Shown in pieces: positions 1 through 12,051 of a stretch of 64,000 bases of DNA; position 1 is the first letter of the stretch, and each line of letters begins with the position of its first letter. This DNA comes from Macrostomum lignano (lineage: Eukaryota). Under the pieces are notes generated by a model. It searched no databases, was not told the DNA's origin, and was given only the letters and a program-made list of their open reading frames with translations. The position numbers and the translations under genes were made by a program. The stretch spans positions 1-64,000 of the forward strand of contig NIVC01002662.1 of assembly GCA_002269645.1 (NCBI GenBank), written 5' to 3'.

Positions 1-960
1 TCTTTGTTCAGCTACCATTGGCTATTACCACCGGTCTTTGTTCAGCTACCAGTTGCTAATCTTCGGTTTTGTTCAGCTACCATTGCTATTACCACCCGGT
101 CTTTGTTCAGCTACATTCCTATCACACCGGTCTTTGTTCAGCTACCATTGCTAATCTTCGGGTCTTTGTTCAGCTAACCATTGCTTTGACCACTGGGTCT
201 TGTTCAGCTACCATTGCTATCACCACGGTCTTTGTTCAGCTACCATTGCTATCACCACTGGGTCTTGTTCAGCTACCATTGCTATCACCACCGGTCTTTG
301 TTCAGCTACCATTGCTATCACCGACCGGTCTTTGTTCAGCTTACCACTGCTAATCTTCGGGTCTTTGTTCAGCTACCATTGCTTTGACCACTGGGTCTTG
401 TTGTTCACTACCATTGCTATCACCACCGGGTCTTTGTTCAGCTACCATTGCTATCACCATGGGTCTTGTTCAGCTACCATTGCTATCACCACCGGGTCTT
501 TGTTCAGCTACCATTGCTATCACCACCGGTCTTTGTCAGCTACCACTGCTAATCTTCGGGTCTGTTCAGCTACCATTGCTTTGACCATGGGTCTTGTTCA
601 GCTACATTGCGCTATCACCACCGGTCTTTGTTCAGCTACCATTGCTATCACCACTGGGTCTTGTTCAGCTACCATTGCTATCACCACCGGGTCTTTGTTC
701 AGGTACCATTGCTATCGACCACCGGGTCTTTGTTCAGCTATATTGCTATCACACACCGGGTCTTTGTTCAGCTACTATTGCTATCACCACTGGGTCTTTG
801 TTCAGCTACCATTGCTATCACCACCACCGGTCTTTTGTTCAGCTACTATTGCTATCACCACTGGGTCTTTGTTCAGGTACCATTGCTATCATCGAGTCTT
901 TATTCAGCTACCATTGCTATCACCATTGGGTCTTTGTTCTGCTCAGCTTCACTGGGTCGT
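1..960. repeat. ~33-bp minisatellite (ggtctttgttcagctaccattgctatcaccacc), intronic to MKK7
   Basis: Degenerate tandem units throughout; overlapping ORFs are only repeat translations. Confidence 0.95.
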
Positions 961-1057
961 CGTTCAACAAACAGTCTTTATTAAGCTACTAACTCTCTCT
1001 CCATGTCTTTGTTATTAATTTCGCATCTATCGCCGCCAACCCACGCTCAACCTGCAG

Positions 1058-1483
1058 AGAGGACCAGGTGCACCGGCGCTACGAGGAGATGCTGAAGAAG
1101 AGCGGCCAGCTGACCCTTGACCCCGGCGGGCCCACCATCAGCTGCCAGCGTGAGGACATCCAGCTGGAATGCGAGCTTGGCCAGGGCATCTGCGGCGTGG
1201 TGTCGCGGGCCAGGCTGAAGCAGTGCGGCCGCCAGATGGCCGTGAAGGTGATGCGGCGGACGGGCAATAATGCAGAGGAGAACAAGCGAGTGATCATGGA
1301 CCTGGAGGTGGTGACCAAGTGTCACGATTGCCGGCACATTGTTCGCTGCTTCGGCGTGTTCATATTCCCGTCGGAGTGTGGGTCTGCATGGAGCTGATGG
1401 CCACCTGCTTAGACCGGCTGATGCGGCATGCCGGAGCGCTGCCTGAGAGGATTCTGGGCAAAATTGTGGTGCCAATTCTCAAG
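1058..1483 (+). CDS. MAP2K7: MAP kinase kinase 7, internal exon (kinase N-lobe); 1-nt frameshift at ~1376
   Basis: Acceptor cctgcag ends 1057, donor gtgag at 1484. GQGICGVV G-loop and AVKVMRRTGNNAEENKRVIMDLEVV..HDC..IVRCFG, then after the shift VWVCMELMATC..PERILGK; colinear with MKK7/hemipterous. Confidence 0.92.
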
Positions 1484-1499
1484 GTGAGCTGCGGTTCTG

Positions 1500-2050
1500 T
1501 GGGATAATTGAGATAGGATTTTTTCTGTGACTGCCGTTTGGGATTTGGGATAACTGAGATGGGATTTTTCTGTGGCTGTCGTTTGGGATTTGGGTAACTG
1601 AGATGGGATTTTTCTGTGGCTGTCGTTTGGGATTTGGGATAACTGAGATGGGATTTTTCTGTGACTGTCGTTTGGGATTTGAGATAACTGAGATGGGATT
1701 TTTCTGTGACTGCCATTTGGGATTTGGGTAACTGAGATGGGATTTTTCTGTAACTGTCTTTTGGATTTGGGATAACTGAGATGGGATTTTTCTGTGACTA
1801 TCATTTGGGATTTGGGATAACTGAGATGGGATTTTTCAGTGACTGTCGTTTGGGATTTGGGATAACTGAGATGGGATTTTTCAGTGGCTGTTATTTGGGA
1901 TTTGGCGATAATTGAGATGGGATTTGAGGATAACTGATATGAGATTTTTCTGTGACTGTCGTTTGGGATTTGTGGCAACTGAGGTGGGCTTTGGGATAAT
2001 GAGATGAGATGAGATGGGATTTTTTCAGGGACTGTTATTTGGGATTTAGG
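1500..2050. repeat. ~45-bp minisatellite (gggataactgagatgggatttttctgtgactgtcgtttgggattt) in MKK7 intron
   Basis: Tandem units visible directly after the donor site. Confidence 0.93.
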
Positions 2051-2276
2051 ATAACTGACTTAATACTTTCAGCGATATGGTAGCCAGTACTGTACTATTT
2101 AGACCTACTAATTTTAACCCGTTGCTCCTTCAGCTCACACAAGCAACTCAATGAGCTTTTAGGGAAGCCTTCATGTGTTTTTATCTACTAGCTAATGCAT
2201 TTCCCAGATCTCCAGATATCCCTAGAAGCTGTAGAAATCCTCTCACATGATTAAGCTATTTTCTCACCGCCTGCAG

Positions 2277-2656
2277 GCTCTGCACTACCTGAAGGAGCGG
2301 CACAATATCATCCACCGCGACGTGAAGCCGTCCAACATGCTGCTAAGCGAATCTGGCCGAGTGAAACTCTGCGACTTTGGCATCTCCGGCCTGCTGGAGG
2401 ACTCGCGGGCCAAGACTCGAACCGCCGGCTGCACGGCCTACCTGTCGCCCGAGCGGATCACTCTGGCCGCGCCCTACGATATCCGGTCGGACGTTTGGTC
2501 CCTGGGCATCAGCCTGGTGGAGCTGGCCACCGGCCGGCACCCGCTGGCCGACTGCGCCACCGAGATGGAGATGCTCACAAGGATTGTTGACGAGCCGCCG
2601 CCGCAGCTGCCTCTGACCGGATTTACCGATCATTTTCGAGAGTTTGTAGCTCGCTG
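2277..2656 (+). CDS. MAP2K7: MAP kinase kinase 7, internal exon (catalytic and activation loops)
   Basis: Acceptor ctgcag ends 2276, donor gtgagt at 2657. [40 protein letters not shown] (S-x-A-K-T phospho-motif), [20 protein letters not shown]. Confidence 0.95.
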
Positions 2657-2699
2657 GTGAGTGCGCGTTTCCCTGCTTACATCTTGAATACGCGACAAG

Positions 2700-3000
2700 T
2701 ACGCAGGAACTAAGTACTCATGTACCTAAGTACGCATGTACCTAAGTACGCATGTACCTAAGTACGCATGAACCTAAGTACGCATGAACCTAAGTACTCA
2801 TATACCTAAGTACGCATGTACCTAAGTACGCATGTACCTAAGTACGCATGTACCTAAGTACGCATGTACCTAAGTACGCATGTACCTAAGTATGCATCAA
2901 TTCAAGTACGCGTGGACCTAAGTAAGCATGTACCTAAGTACGCATGTACCTAGGTACGCATGCACCTAAGTATGTACCTTAGTAATCACTGCCTAAGTAC
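2700..3000. repeat. 16-bp minisatellite (gtacctaagtacgcat)
   Basis: Near-perfect tandem units. Confidence 0.93.
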
Positions 3001-3934
3001 GCATTGTCTCTTCAAATGCGCCTGTACTTCTTAGTACACAGGTACCTGAGTACCAATTACGTTTAGTACATAAGCCATTTACCTAAGTAGGATTGCGAAT
3101 TTGCAGTACGCGTGTACCTCTAAAAAATATACAAGGCTTATTTTAATCAAGTACTTCTTAGCACTCTATTGAGTACGCGTGTACTTTCTAAACGATTGTA
3201 ATTTTTCTCCTCGGTCGGGTCTTGTTTCCCATTAATATTGCGGATACTCGCACAGCTAATCCAGAGCTCCCGCCCCGCTAATTCTTAAGCTTCTTAGGCT
3301 CGAATAGAAAAAACAGAAGCATTTTTTGTCTCTATCAAAATCGCAGGATACTCGAGTCAGTCTATTTTTAGCCTGTCTAAACCTTCTGCCTGTTCTGCTG
3401 CACTGCAGTTTTGATTTGGAATTTCCCCGGAGCAAACCATGAGGAACATTCCTGACTTTCCTGTCCGTTCGCGAATCTCAAACCTCAATTTTCAGCCCTT
3501 TGACTTGCACTGCCGTTTTTTTAAGCACAAAGTCGACCAGCTTCTCTTTTTGGCTCTCTTTTTTTTGCTTCCTGTGTGAACAGTAATTGCTCTTATTAGT
3601 CCTCAAGTGCTTGTCGAGGACGGCCCTGACTTTATTTTCTTCTAGACGGCTCTAAAATCGTCAAAGAGTTGCCTAAGAATCAATTTGAGGCGTTTCGATT
3701 GTCTGCGACTCGGAAACGACTCTGGGATCGTAGAGACACTGAAGAATCACTGAATTTGAATCGCATATTTTGCATCTATAACACCTCTATTTAGTCTACT
3801 GGAGTTGGTAGAAAGTTGACAGATAACACAACGTCTCTTGGGACGACTTTTTTGCGACTTAACGGTCGCCTCTCCGTTGCGTAGAGTCAGTAGCAAGTTG
3901 TTTGCAACGACTTTTTAGCGACTCCTGTTAAATT

Positions 3935-4255
3935 GGCGCGAAAGTATAATCAGTGGCGCTAAATTGACGCCAGAATATCATCTTCGGCGCTAAATTGGCG
4001 CCAAAGTCTCCTCCGCAGCGCAAAATTGGCGCCAAAATATTATTTGCGGCCCTAAATTAGCCATAAAGTCTGAAATTGGCGCTAAAATCTCATCCTTGGC
4101 GCTAAATTAGCGCCAAAAAATCTGCGGCGCTAAAGCCATAAATTGTCGCCAAAATATCATCTGCTGTGCTAAATTGGCCCTAAAGTCTGAAATTGGCGCC
4201 AAAGTCTCATCCTCGGCGCTAAATTGGCGCCAAATTATCATCCGCATCGCTAAGA
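3935..4255. repeat. Degenerate GGCGCC/GGCGCT-core array (ggcgctaaattggcgccaaa...)
   Basis: Recurring aaattggcgc and ggcgctaaa motifs. Confidence 0.8.
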
Positions 4256-4407
4256 TTTTTCCATCAATGGGGCTTTTGTTACCCAAGCGATTTTAATTCT
4301 TTCATTTATTTTGTACAAGTATTTCGTTCATTTTTTTATGCTAGGTTATAATTTTTTCGATACATATCGGTATATTTTCCCATTCGCAAAAAATAATCCT
4401 TTCACAG

Positions 4408-4921
4408 CCTAACCAAGGACGTGAGTCTGCGGCCGAAGTACCAGCGGCTGCTCGGCCACGACTTCATCAAATATCACGAGCAGACTCAGACGGATCTGGC
4501 CGACTGGCTGGCCGAGGTTCGAATCCGCTGTCCGGGCCTGGCCTCGCCAAGCGGAAGCACCGGCGGTGGAAGCAGTTCCGGAAGTAGCGGAGCCGGAAGT
4601 GCCGCCGGAGTAGCGGCGGCTGGAGGTGCGGCTGCGGCTGCCCCGGCGGCGGCGGCGGCGGCTACAGCGGCCGGGAGTTCGGCCTCCAGCAGCGCGGCTT
4701 TCCGTCGCCATCGTCAGCTGTCTGCCGGGTCGCAGGGCTCGAGCTCGGGCTACGGCTCGGTGGACAACAGCTCGCCGTCCTCCCTGCAGAGCCGGTCGCC
4801 TAGCGCTCCGAAACCGGCTGGCTGTCAGCAGCACCAGCAGCTGCCGCAGCCTCCGCCTAGGCTTCATCACTCTCAGCAGGCTCAGTACTCTACGCCTGAG
4901 TCGCCTCTGCCGCCATTTTAA
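4408..4921 (+). CDS. MAP2K7: MAP kinase kinase 7, last coding exon with Ser/Ala/Gln-rich tail
   Basis: Acceptor ttcacag ends 4407; phase-2 join gives C-LTKDVSLRPKYQRLLGHDFIK..DLADW, matching MKK7 CLTKD..RPKY..LLEH.FIK; stop TAA 4919-4921. Confidence 0.92.
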
Positions 4922-4953
4922 CCTGTTCTCTTCAGCTGCTTGTTTACCGCTGT

Positions 4954-5299
4954 CTCAGCGGGGTTCGCGTTTGAGAGTTCAACTGGTTGTCAGATGGCGC
5001 CAAATCAGATTTGTCAGATTTGTCTAATGGCGCTAAATTATTTTTGAAATGGCGTCAAGTTGGATTTGTCAGATGGCGCCAAGTCGATTTGTCAGATGGC
5101 GACAAGTTGGATTTGTCAGATGGCGCCAAGTCAGATTTGTCAGATGGCGCCAAGTCAGATTTGTCAGATGGCGCCAATTTAGATTTGTCAGATAGAGCCA
5201 AGTTTAAAAAGGTCAGAAGGCGTCAGGTTAATTGTCAGAATTCAAAAGTTTGTGGGGCAATATTGCTTTATGAATGAAGATGTCGCGAACCCCGCTGAG
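4954..5299. mobile_element. MITE-like TIR element with internal ~24-bp GGCGCC array, just 3' of the MKK7 stop
   Basis: Perfect 16-bp inverted repeat ctcagcggggttcgcg (4954-4969) / cgcgaaccccgctgag (5284-5299); no TSD found. Confidence 0.6.
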
Positions 5300-5842
5300 C
5301 AGTGCTTTAGACTAGAGTCGTCTTCCCCCTTCACCCCGTTGTTTAAGTATGGATTTTTATTCAAGAATAATGCAAAGAAAAGGTCGACAAATGCTATTAT
5401 TACTACTACTCTCATGTGTTGTAAGTAGGTCTTCGCGTGTATTCATAAGTTTATTAACATGTTGACAGCATATAAAAATTGTGATTTTGCTTAGCGCTGT
5501 AGTTTATGTGTAGTTTTGTTACCTGGTTAATAATAATTACTATTATACCAAGTGTTGTGCTTTAACAGTACATTTTTAGTGTCTCAGGCACGGCTCGGTT
5601 CTTTTGACACTCGAGTTTTAAATGAGGGTACATGAAGTCTTAAATGAACTTTGGCCCTTGCGGTTGCATTGGTCTGTTGCGATTTCATTTGAACTGAAGT
5701 TTTTTAGGCTTTTTTTCTGGAACATTGCACTGTTTTTGGCTGGTGTAATTATTTGAATTCGATTCGATTTTTAATGATAAGTGAATTATTTTATCCGTTA
5801 GCTTTTAGCTCCCTATTTTGCGTACTTATTACTGTCATATCC

Positions 5843-6562
5843 AATGTACACACCTGCCACCCACCCCAATGTACACCTGCCACCGACCCCAATGTACACA
5901 CCCGCCCCACCCACCCCTAAAGTACACACCCGCTCCACCCCCCAATGTACACACCCGCCCACCCCCCAATGTACACACCTGCCCCACCCACCCCTAAAGT
6001 ACACACCCGTCCCACCCCTAATGTACACACCCGCTCCACCCCCAATGTACACACCCGCCCACCCCCAATGTACACACCCACCCACCCCCCAATGTACACA
6101 CCCGCCCACCCCCAATGTACACACCTGCCCCACCCACCCCTAAAGTACACACCCGTCCCACCCCTAATGTACACACCCGCTCCACCCCCAATGTACACAC
6201 CCGCCCACCCCCCAATGTACACACCCACCCACCCCCCAATGTACACACCCGCCCACCCCCCAATGTACACACCTGCCCCACCCACCCCTAAAGTACACAC
6301 CCGTCCCACCCCTAATGTACACACCCGCTCCACCCCCAATGTACACACCCGCCCACCCCCCAATGTACACACCCGCCCACCCCCCAATGTACACACCCGC
6401 CCCACCCACCCACCCCCAATGTACACACCCGCCCACCCCCCAATGTACACACCCGCCCCACCCCCAATGTACACACCCACCCACCCCCAATGTACACACC
6501 CGCCCACCCCCCAATGTACACACCCGCCCCACCCCCAATGTACACACCTGCCCCACCCACCC
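5843..6562. repeat. ~24-bp C-rich minisatellite (ccccaatgtacacacccgcccac) with higher-order blocks
   Basis: Tandem units; the variant block cccctaaagtacacacccgtcccac recurs. Confidence 0.95.
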
Positions 6563-7204
6563 CATCAAACTGCGATATTGTCAAGAGTATCATTCTAGTC
6601 TTCTGGGTAAAAAAGTAACGAACAGTACTTAATTGATGAATTTTCGAAATCTCCTTTGTTTTGACTCGTTAAACCTGTCGGTGAAAATATTTATGAAAAT
6701 ATCTGCATATTGCACTTTAATTAGTTAGTGTTTAACCTTGTTATTTCGAAATCTCAGACTTTTTTAACAGCTTGCTTGCATAAATAAAAATATGCCTGAA
6801 CTTTTCTGCAATCTCTCCTAGTCAGTAGTATGGTTCGTGCATGCAGTTTTTAAAAGCTAATATTATTTTTATTTAAAATCTGCAATGAATTTATCGTGAA
6901 AACAGGAGTTAGCTTAGGTGTTACTGGTATATTTTGTGTTGTAATAATTTTCTCGAGTATAGCATTTTCCCCATTTAAGATGCCTGATCGTTGCTCGTTG
7001 TGCGACAGGGTTTATACTACTCAAAAATTAACCTGTTCATTTATTGTGTTATGTTTATTGTTTGTGTATAAATATATATATGCGCATACATCTGTAGAAA
7101 TTTGACTTTTCTATGTTGTTTTTTGGTTTGCACTTTGATGTATAGAAAGTTATATGCTTGAATTTTACCTAATTTTACAAGTTAACTAACTGTTCTTTAA
7201 GTAA

Positions 7205-7900
7205 GTACTTATCTCTGTCTCTATCCCACTTCTCTCTGTCTCTATCCCACTTATCTCTGTCTGAATCCCACTTCTCTCTGTCTCTATCCCACTTCTCTCT
7301 GTCTCAATCCCACTTATCTCTGCCTCTATCCCACTTATCTCTGTCTCAATCCCACTTATCTCTGCCTCTATCCCACTTATCTCTGTCTCTATCCCACTTC
7401 TCTCTGTCTCTATCCCACTTATCTCTGTCTCTATCCCACTTATCTCTGTCTCTATCCCACTTATCTCTGTCTCTATCCCACTTCTCTCTGTCTCTATCCC
7501 ACTTCTCTCTGTCTCAATCCCACTTATCTCTGTCTCTATCCCACTTATCTCTGTCTCTATCCCACTCATCTCTGTCTCTATCCCACTTCTCTCTGTCTCA
7601 ATCCCACTTATCTCTGTCTCTATCCCACTTATCTCTGTCTCTATCCCACTTATCTCTGTCTCTATCCCACTTCTCTCTGTCTCTATCCCACTTCTCTCTG
7701 TCTCTATCCCACTTCTCTCTGTCTCAATCCCACTTATCTCTGTCTCTATCCCACTTCTCTCTGTCTCTATCCCACTTATCTCTGTCTCTATCCCACTTCT
7801 CTCTGTCTCTATCCCACTTCTCTCTGTCTGAATCCCACTTATCTCTGTCTCTATCCCACTTATCTCTGTCTCTATCCCACTTATCTCTGCCTCTTTCACA
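7205..7900. repeat. 21-bp minisatellite (ttatctctgtctctatcccac)
   Basis: Tandem units. Confidence 0.95.
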
Positions 7901-8534
7901 CTTATCTCTTCCTCTATCCTTTCTATCCCTCTACATCTGCTTTACCGCTATCAGAATCTGGTCAAAACACAATAAATAAGCAATCGAAAGGAATAATGTA
8001 CTTTGATCGGCCTATAGTCACTTAGAGTACTTCAATCAATTAATCAATGCTTTTGTTTACCGACTGTCGGCTCTGTGATTTATTTAACACAAAATTAATT
8101 GCTTCTGTGTGAGTTCGCGTGTAATGCTTAATCGCCTGTCTTGTTGCTAATATATTTATTTGTTTCTTTTTCAAACCTTTGTATTTCGCGCAAAGTAAAG
8201 CTGAAAAATTGTTAATCAACTTTTATCCTCGAGTGCTCGTGTTGCAAATTAGATGTGAAAAAAAGTTTTTTAAACTAATTGTCCAAATTTAAGAGCCCAG
8301 TCCCTTCAATTTTGGAAATGGAATCATTTACAGTGTAATCTGATACTGAGTGCAGTAGAATCAGTTTGGGTGAATTAAATATAACTCCCGTATCCATATT
8401 CATAAATAAAGGCCTATTTTTCTAGTTTGCATAGGCTCATTGTGAAAACTATTATCTTATTTTTGTGAATGCAGCACATTTAAAAGTACATGCAGGAGTT
8501 TCTTTCTTGTTTATTATTTTTTTGTCGCTCCTGG

Positions 8535-9500
8535 GGGAGTTACTTTGGCAAACTCTGAGGGATCTACTTTGTCACCCTCTGGGGGATCTACTTTGTCACC
8601 CTCTGGGGGATCTACTTTGTCATCCTCTGGGGATCTACTTTGGCAAACTCTGAGGGATCTACTTTGGCAAACTCTGAGAGATCTACTTTGGCAAACTCTG
8701 AGGGATCTACTTTGTCACCCTCTGAGGGATCTACTTTGGCAAACTCTGAGGGATCTACTTTGTCACCCTCTTGAGGGATCTACTTTGTCACCCTCTTGAG
8801 GGATCTACTTTGTCACCCTCTTGGGGGATCTACTTTGTCACCCTCTGAGGGATCTACTTTGGCAAACTCTGAGAGATCTACTTTGGCAAACTCTGAGGGA
8901 TCTACTTTGTCACCCTCTGAGGGATCTACTTTGGCAAACTCTGAGGGATCTACTTTGTCACCCTCTTGAGGGATCTACTTTGTCACCCTCTTGAGGGATC
9001 TACTTTGTCACCCTCTTGAGGGATCTACTTTGTCACCCTCTTGAGGGATCTACTTTGTCACCCTCTTGGGGGATCTACTTTGTCACCCTCTGAGGGATCT
9101 ACTTTGGCAAACTCTGAGGGATCTACTTTGGCAAACTCTGATGCATCTACTTTGTCATCCTCTGAGGGATCTACTTTGTCACCCTCTGAGGGATCTACTT
9201 TGGCAAACTCTGAGGGATCTACTTTGTCACCCTCTGAGGGATCTACTTTGTCATCCTCTGAGGGATCTACTTTGTCACCCTCTTGAGGGATCTACTTTGT
9301 CACCCTCTTGAGGGATCTACTTTGTCACCCTCTTGGGGGATCTACTTTGTCACCCTCTGAGGGATATCCTTTGGCAAACTCTGAGGGATCTACTTTGGCA
9401 AACTCTGAAGCATCTACTTTGTCATCCTCTGAGGGATCTACTTTGTCATCCTCTGAGGGATTTACTTTGGCAGTCTCTGAGGAATCCACTTTGATCTTCA
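8535..9500. repeat. 24/25-bp minisatellite (gagggatctactttgtcaccctct / ...ttggcaaactct)
   Basis: Two interleaved unit variants. Confidence 0.95.
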
Positions 9501-10539
9501 GAGTGATCTACTAATTGTCTCCCTCTGAGAGGTATATCTACCTTGGTTTTCCAGATTAGCAGATGTTATTAGTGCACGTCAACAAAGCACCGAAATAATC
9601 TGCACTGCACTTCACTGTACAGCCATAATGCAACCTGGTCCACTGAGGCATTGCCACCAACTTGACAAAATGAATGCAATAAAAGGTCGCATTCAATGCC
9701 GGCTGGGTCAGGAAAATATTTCTCCAATCTGCGCAGTTTCCGGGATTTTATGGCCAGATGCTTGACTGGATGATCATTTTCTATTGTGCCCTATTATTGC
9801 TATTGATTTAGTGCAATAATTGCCAATCTGCATTGTGATGATTGACAATCTGCAGTCTGGATAAATATTCCAGCGTTAATTAATTACATCTGTGACTACA
9901 TAATTTATGGCTGCGAATTTATGGACATCGAATGGCTGATAAAGTTCCTGGATCGGAAACCCCAGTCTCCCAAGTCAGATTGGAACTCTGGGAGTGAGTC
10001 ATCTCTGTTGGGACTGCGCGAAATGAATCTGCTCAAGACGAATTCTTTCTGCTTTTGCCAGGCAAACTTTGGACAGCAAGGTCTGAGTTATCCAGATCGT
10101 CCCCTAATCTCTCGTACTTGCTTCTATGCATCTTATTGGTTCCCGTGGCAATCCCCATTCCCCATCCACAAAACAAGCCGTTCCCAATTGTAAATCCCCA
10201 TCCAGGCTTTGGCCAGGGGATTTTCTCGGTGTACAAACGCGCCTGGCCTTGTTATCTCACCCTGCCCGCTGCCAGTCTCGCAATACTCGGCTCGACCTGA
10301 TTTGCTAAGTGGCCAACTGCGAGACCCGGCGGCCGGCTTTGAGGGAGAAAAAAGGCTCGCGACTGCCGAAGTTGCTCTGTCTGCATCGAAAATTCTTCTG
10401 ACTTCTAGAAACCTTTTAGACCTTTTGCGACTGATTATCGACTTAAAATAAGTTGCTGCAAAGTTTCTGCTCAGCCTGAGTACAAAAAGATAACGACAAA
10501 ATGGCTGTTTTTAGCCGTAAGTATTTTTTTACTGGTTTG

Positions 10540-10571
10540 GATAGATAGATGGATAGATAGATAGATAGATG

Positions 10572-10634
<63 letters not shown>

Positions 10635-10657
10635 GGATAGATAGATAGATAGATGGT

Positions 10658-10718
<61 letters not shown>

Positions 10719-10777
10719 GGATAGATAGATAGATAGATAGATGGATAGATAGATGGATAGATAAATAGATAGATGGT

Positions 10778-10814
<37 letters not shown>

Positions 10815-10817
10815 GGT

Positions 10818-10858
<41 letters not shown>

Positions 10859-10881
10859 GGATAGATAGATAGATAGATGGT

Positions 10882-10918
<37 letters not shown>

Positions 10919-10921
10919 GGT

Positions 10922-10974
<53 letters not shown>

Positions 10975-10975
10975 G

Positions 10976-11010
<35 letters not shown>

Positions 11011-11055
11011 GGATAGATAGATAGATAGATAGATAGATGGATAGATAGATAGATG

Positions 11056-11114
<59 letters not shown>

Positions 11115-11137
11115 GGATAGATAGATAGATAGATGGT

Positions 11138-11182
<45 letters not shown>

Positions 11183-11185
11183 GGT

Positions 11186-11226
<41 letters not shown>

Positions 11227-11227
11227 G

Positions 11228-11326
<99 letters not shown>

Positions 11327-11356
11327 GGATAGATGGAAAGATGGATAGATAGATAA

Positions 11357-11411
<55 letters not shown>

Positions 11412-11448
11412 TATAGATGGATAGATGGATAGATGGATAGATAGATAA

Positions 11449-11538
<90 letters not shown>

Positions 11539-11550
11539 GGATAGATAGAT
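10540..11550. repeat. (GATA)n microsatellite, ~1 kb
   Basis: gata units with gatg/ggtt interruptions. Confidence 0.98.
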
Positions 11551-11574
11551 ACAGTAGCTATACTGCACCCGCAG

Positions 11575-12044
11575 GCAAGACTTCGATCCCCGCCCAGCTC
11601 AACATCACCTGCTACCACGTTTCGGTGCCGTCCAGCGACCCTGCAGCTCCATCAGCGTCGAAATCGAAGAGCGCCGACCGCCTGGACGTTCCCAACGCGG
11701 CCGAGATGGCCGCCCTCGCGGCCGAGGTGCCGCACTTTCTGTCCAACCTGGAGGTGGCTACCACGGCGTCCGGCGGAGGCGGCAGCCACCGTCAGATGTT
11801 TCTGCTGCAGCAGCGGCCCTCTTTCACCTTCACGGAGGCGTCAGGAGGCAGCCTCACCAGTCCGCAGCAGCAGCTGTCGCACCAGCAGCTGTGGCTCCAA
11901 CAGCTGCATCAGCGCCGGATTTCCCGCGGATCCCCCGGCGGGGGACCTGTCGAGGCCTCGGAGCAGCTGGGCGGCTCAGGACCCTCGCTGCTGCGACCGC
12001 CTGCCCCCACTTTGCCGAAGCCGCAGTCGCAGCCTCAACTGCTG
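11575..12044 (+). CDS. Probable exon of the RING-CH/2TM gene (low-complexity N-terminal region; upstream exon not found)
   Basis: Acceptor cccgcag ends 11574, donor gtgag at 12045 (phase 0); GC-rich open frame that splices in frame to 13845. Confidence 0.65.
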
Positions 12045-12051
12045 GTGAGCG

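Noticed and set aside
10055-10300. Short ORF with a hydrophobic stretch resembling a secreted peptide
   Set aside because: Non-ATG start, no homology or splice support, competing ORFs in other frames
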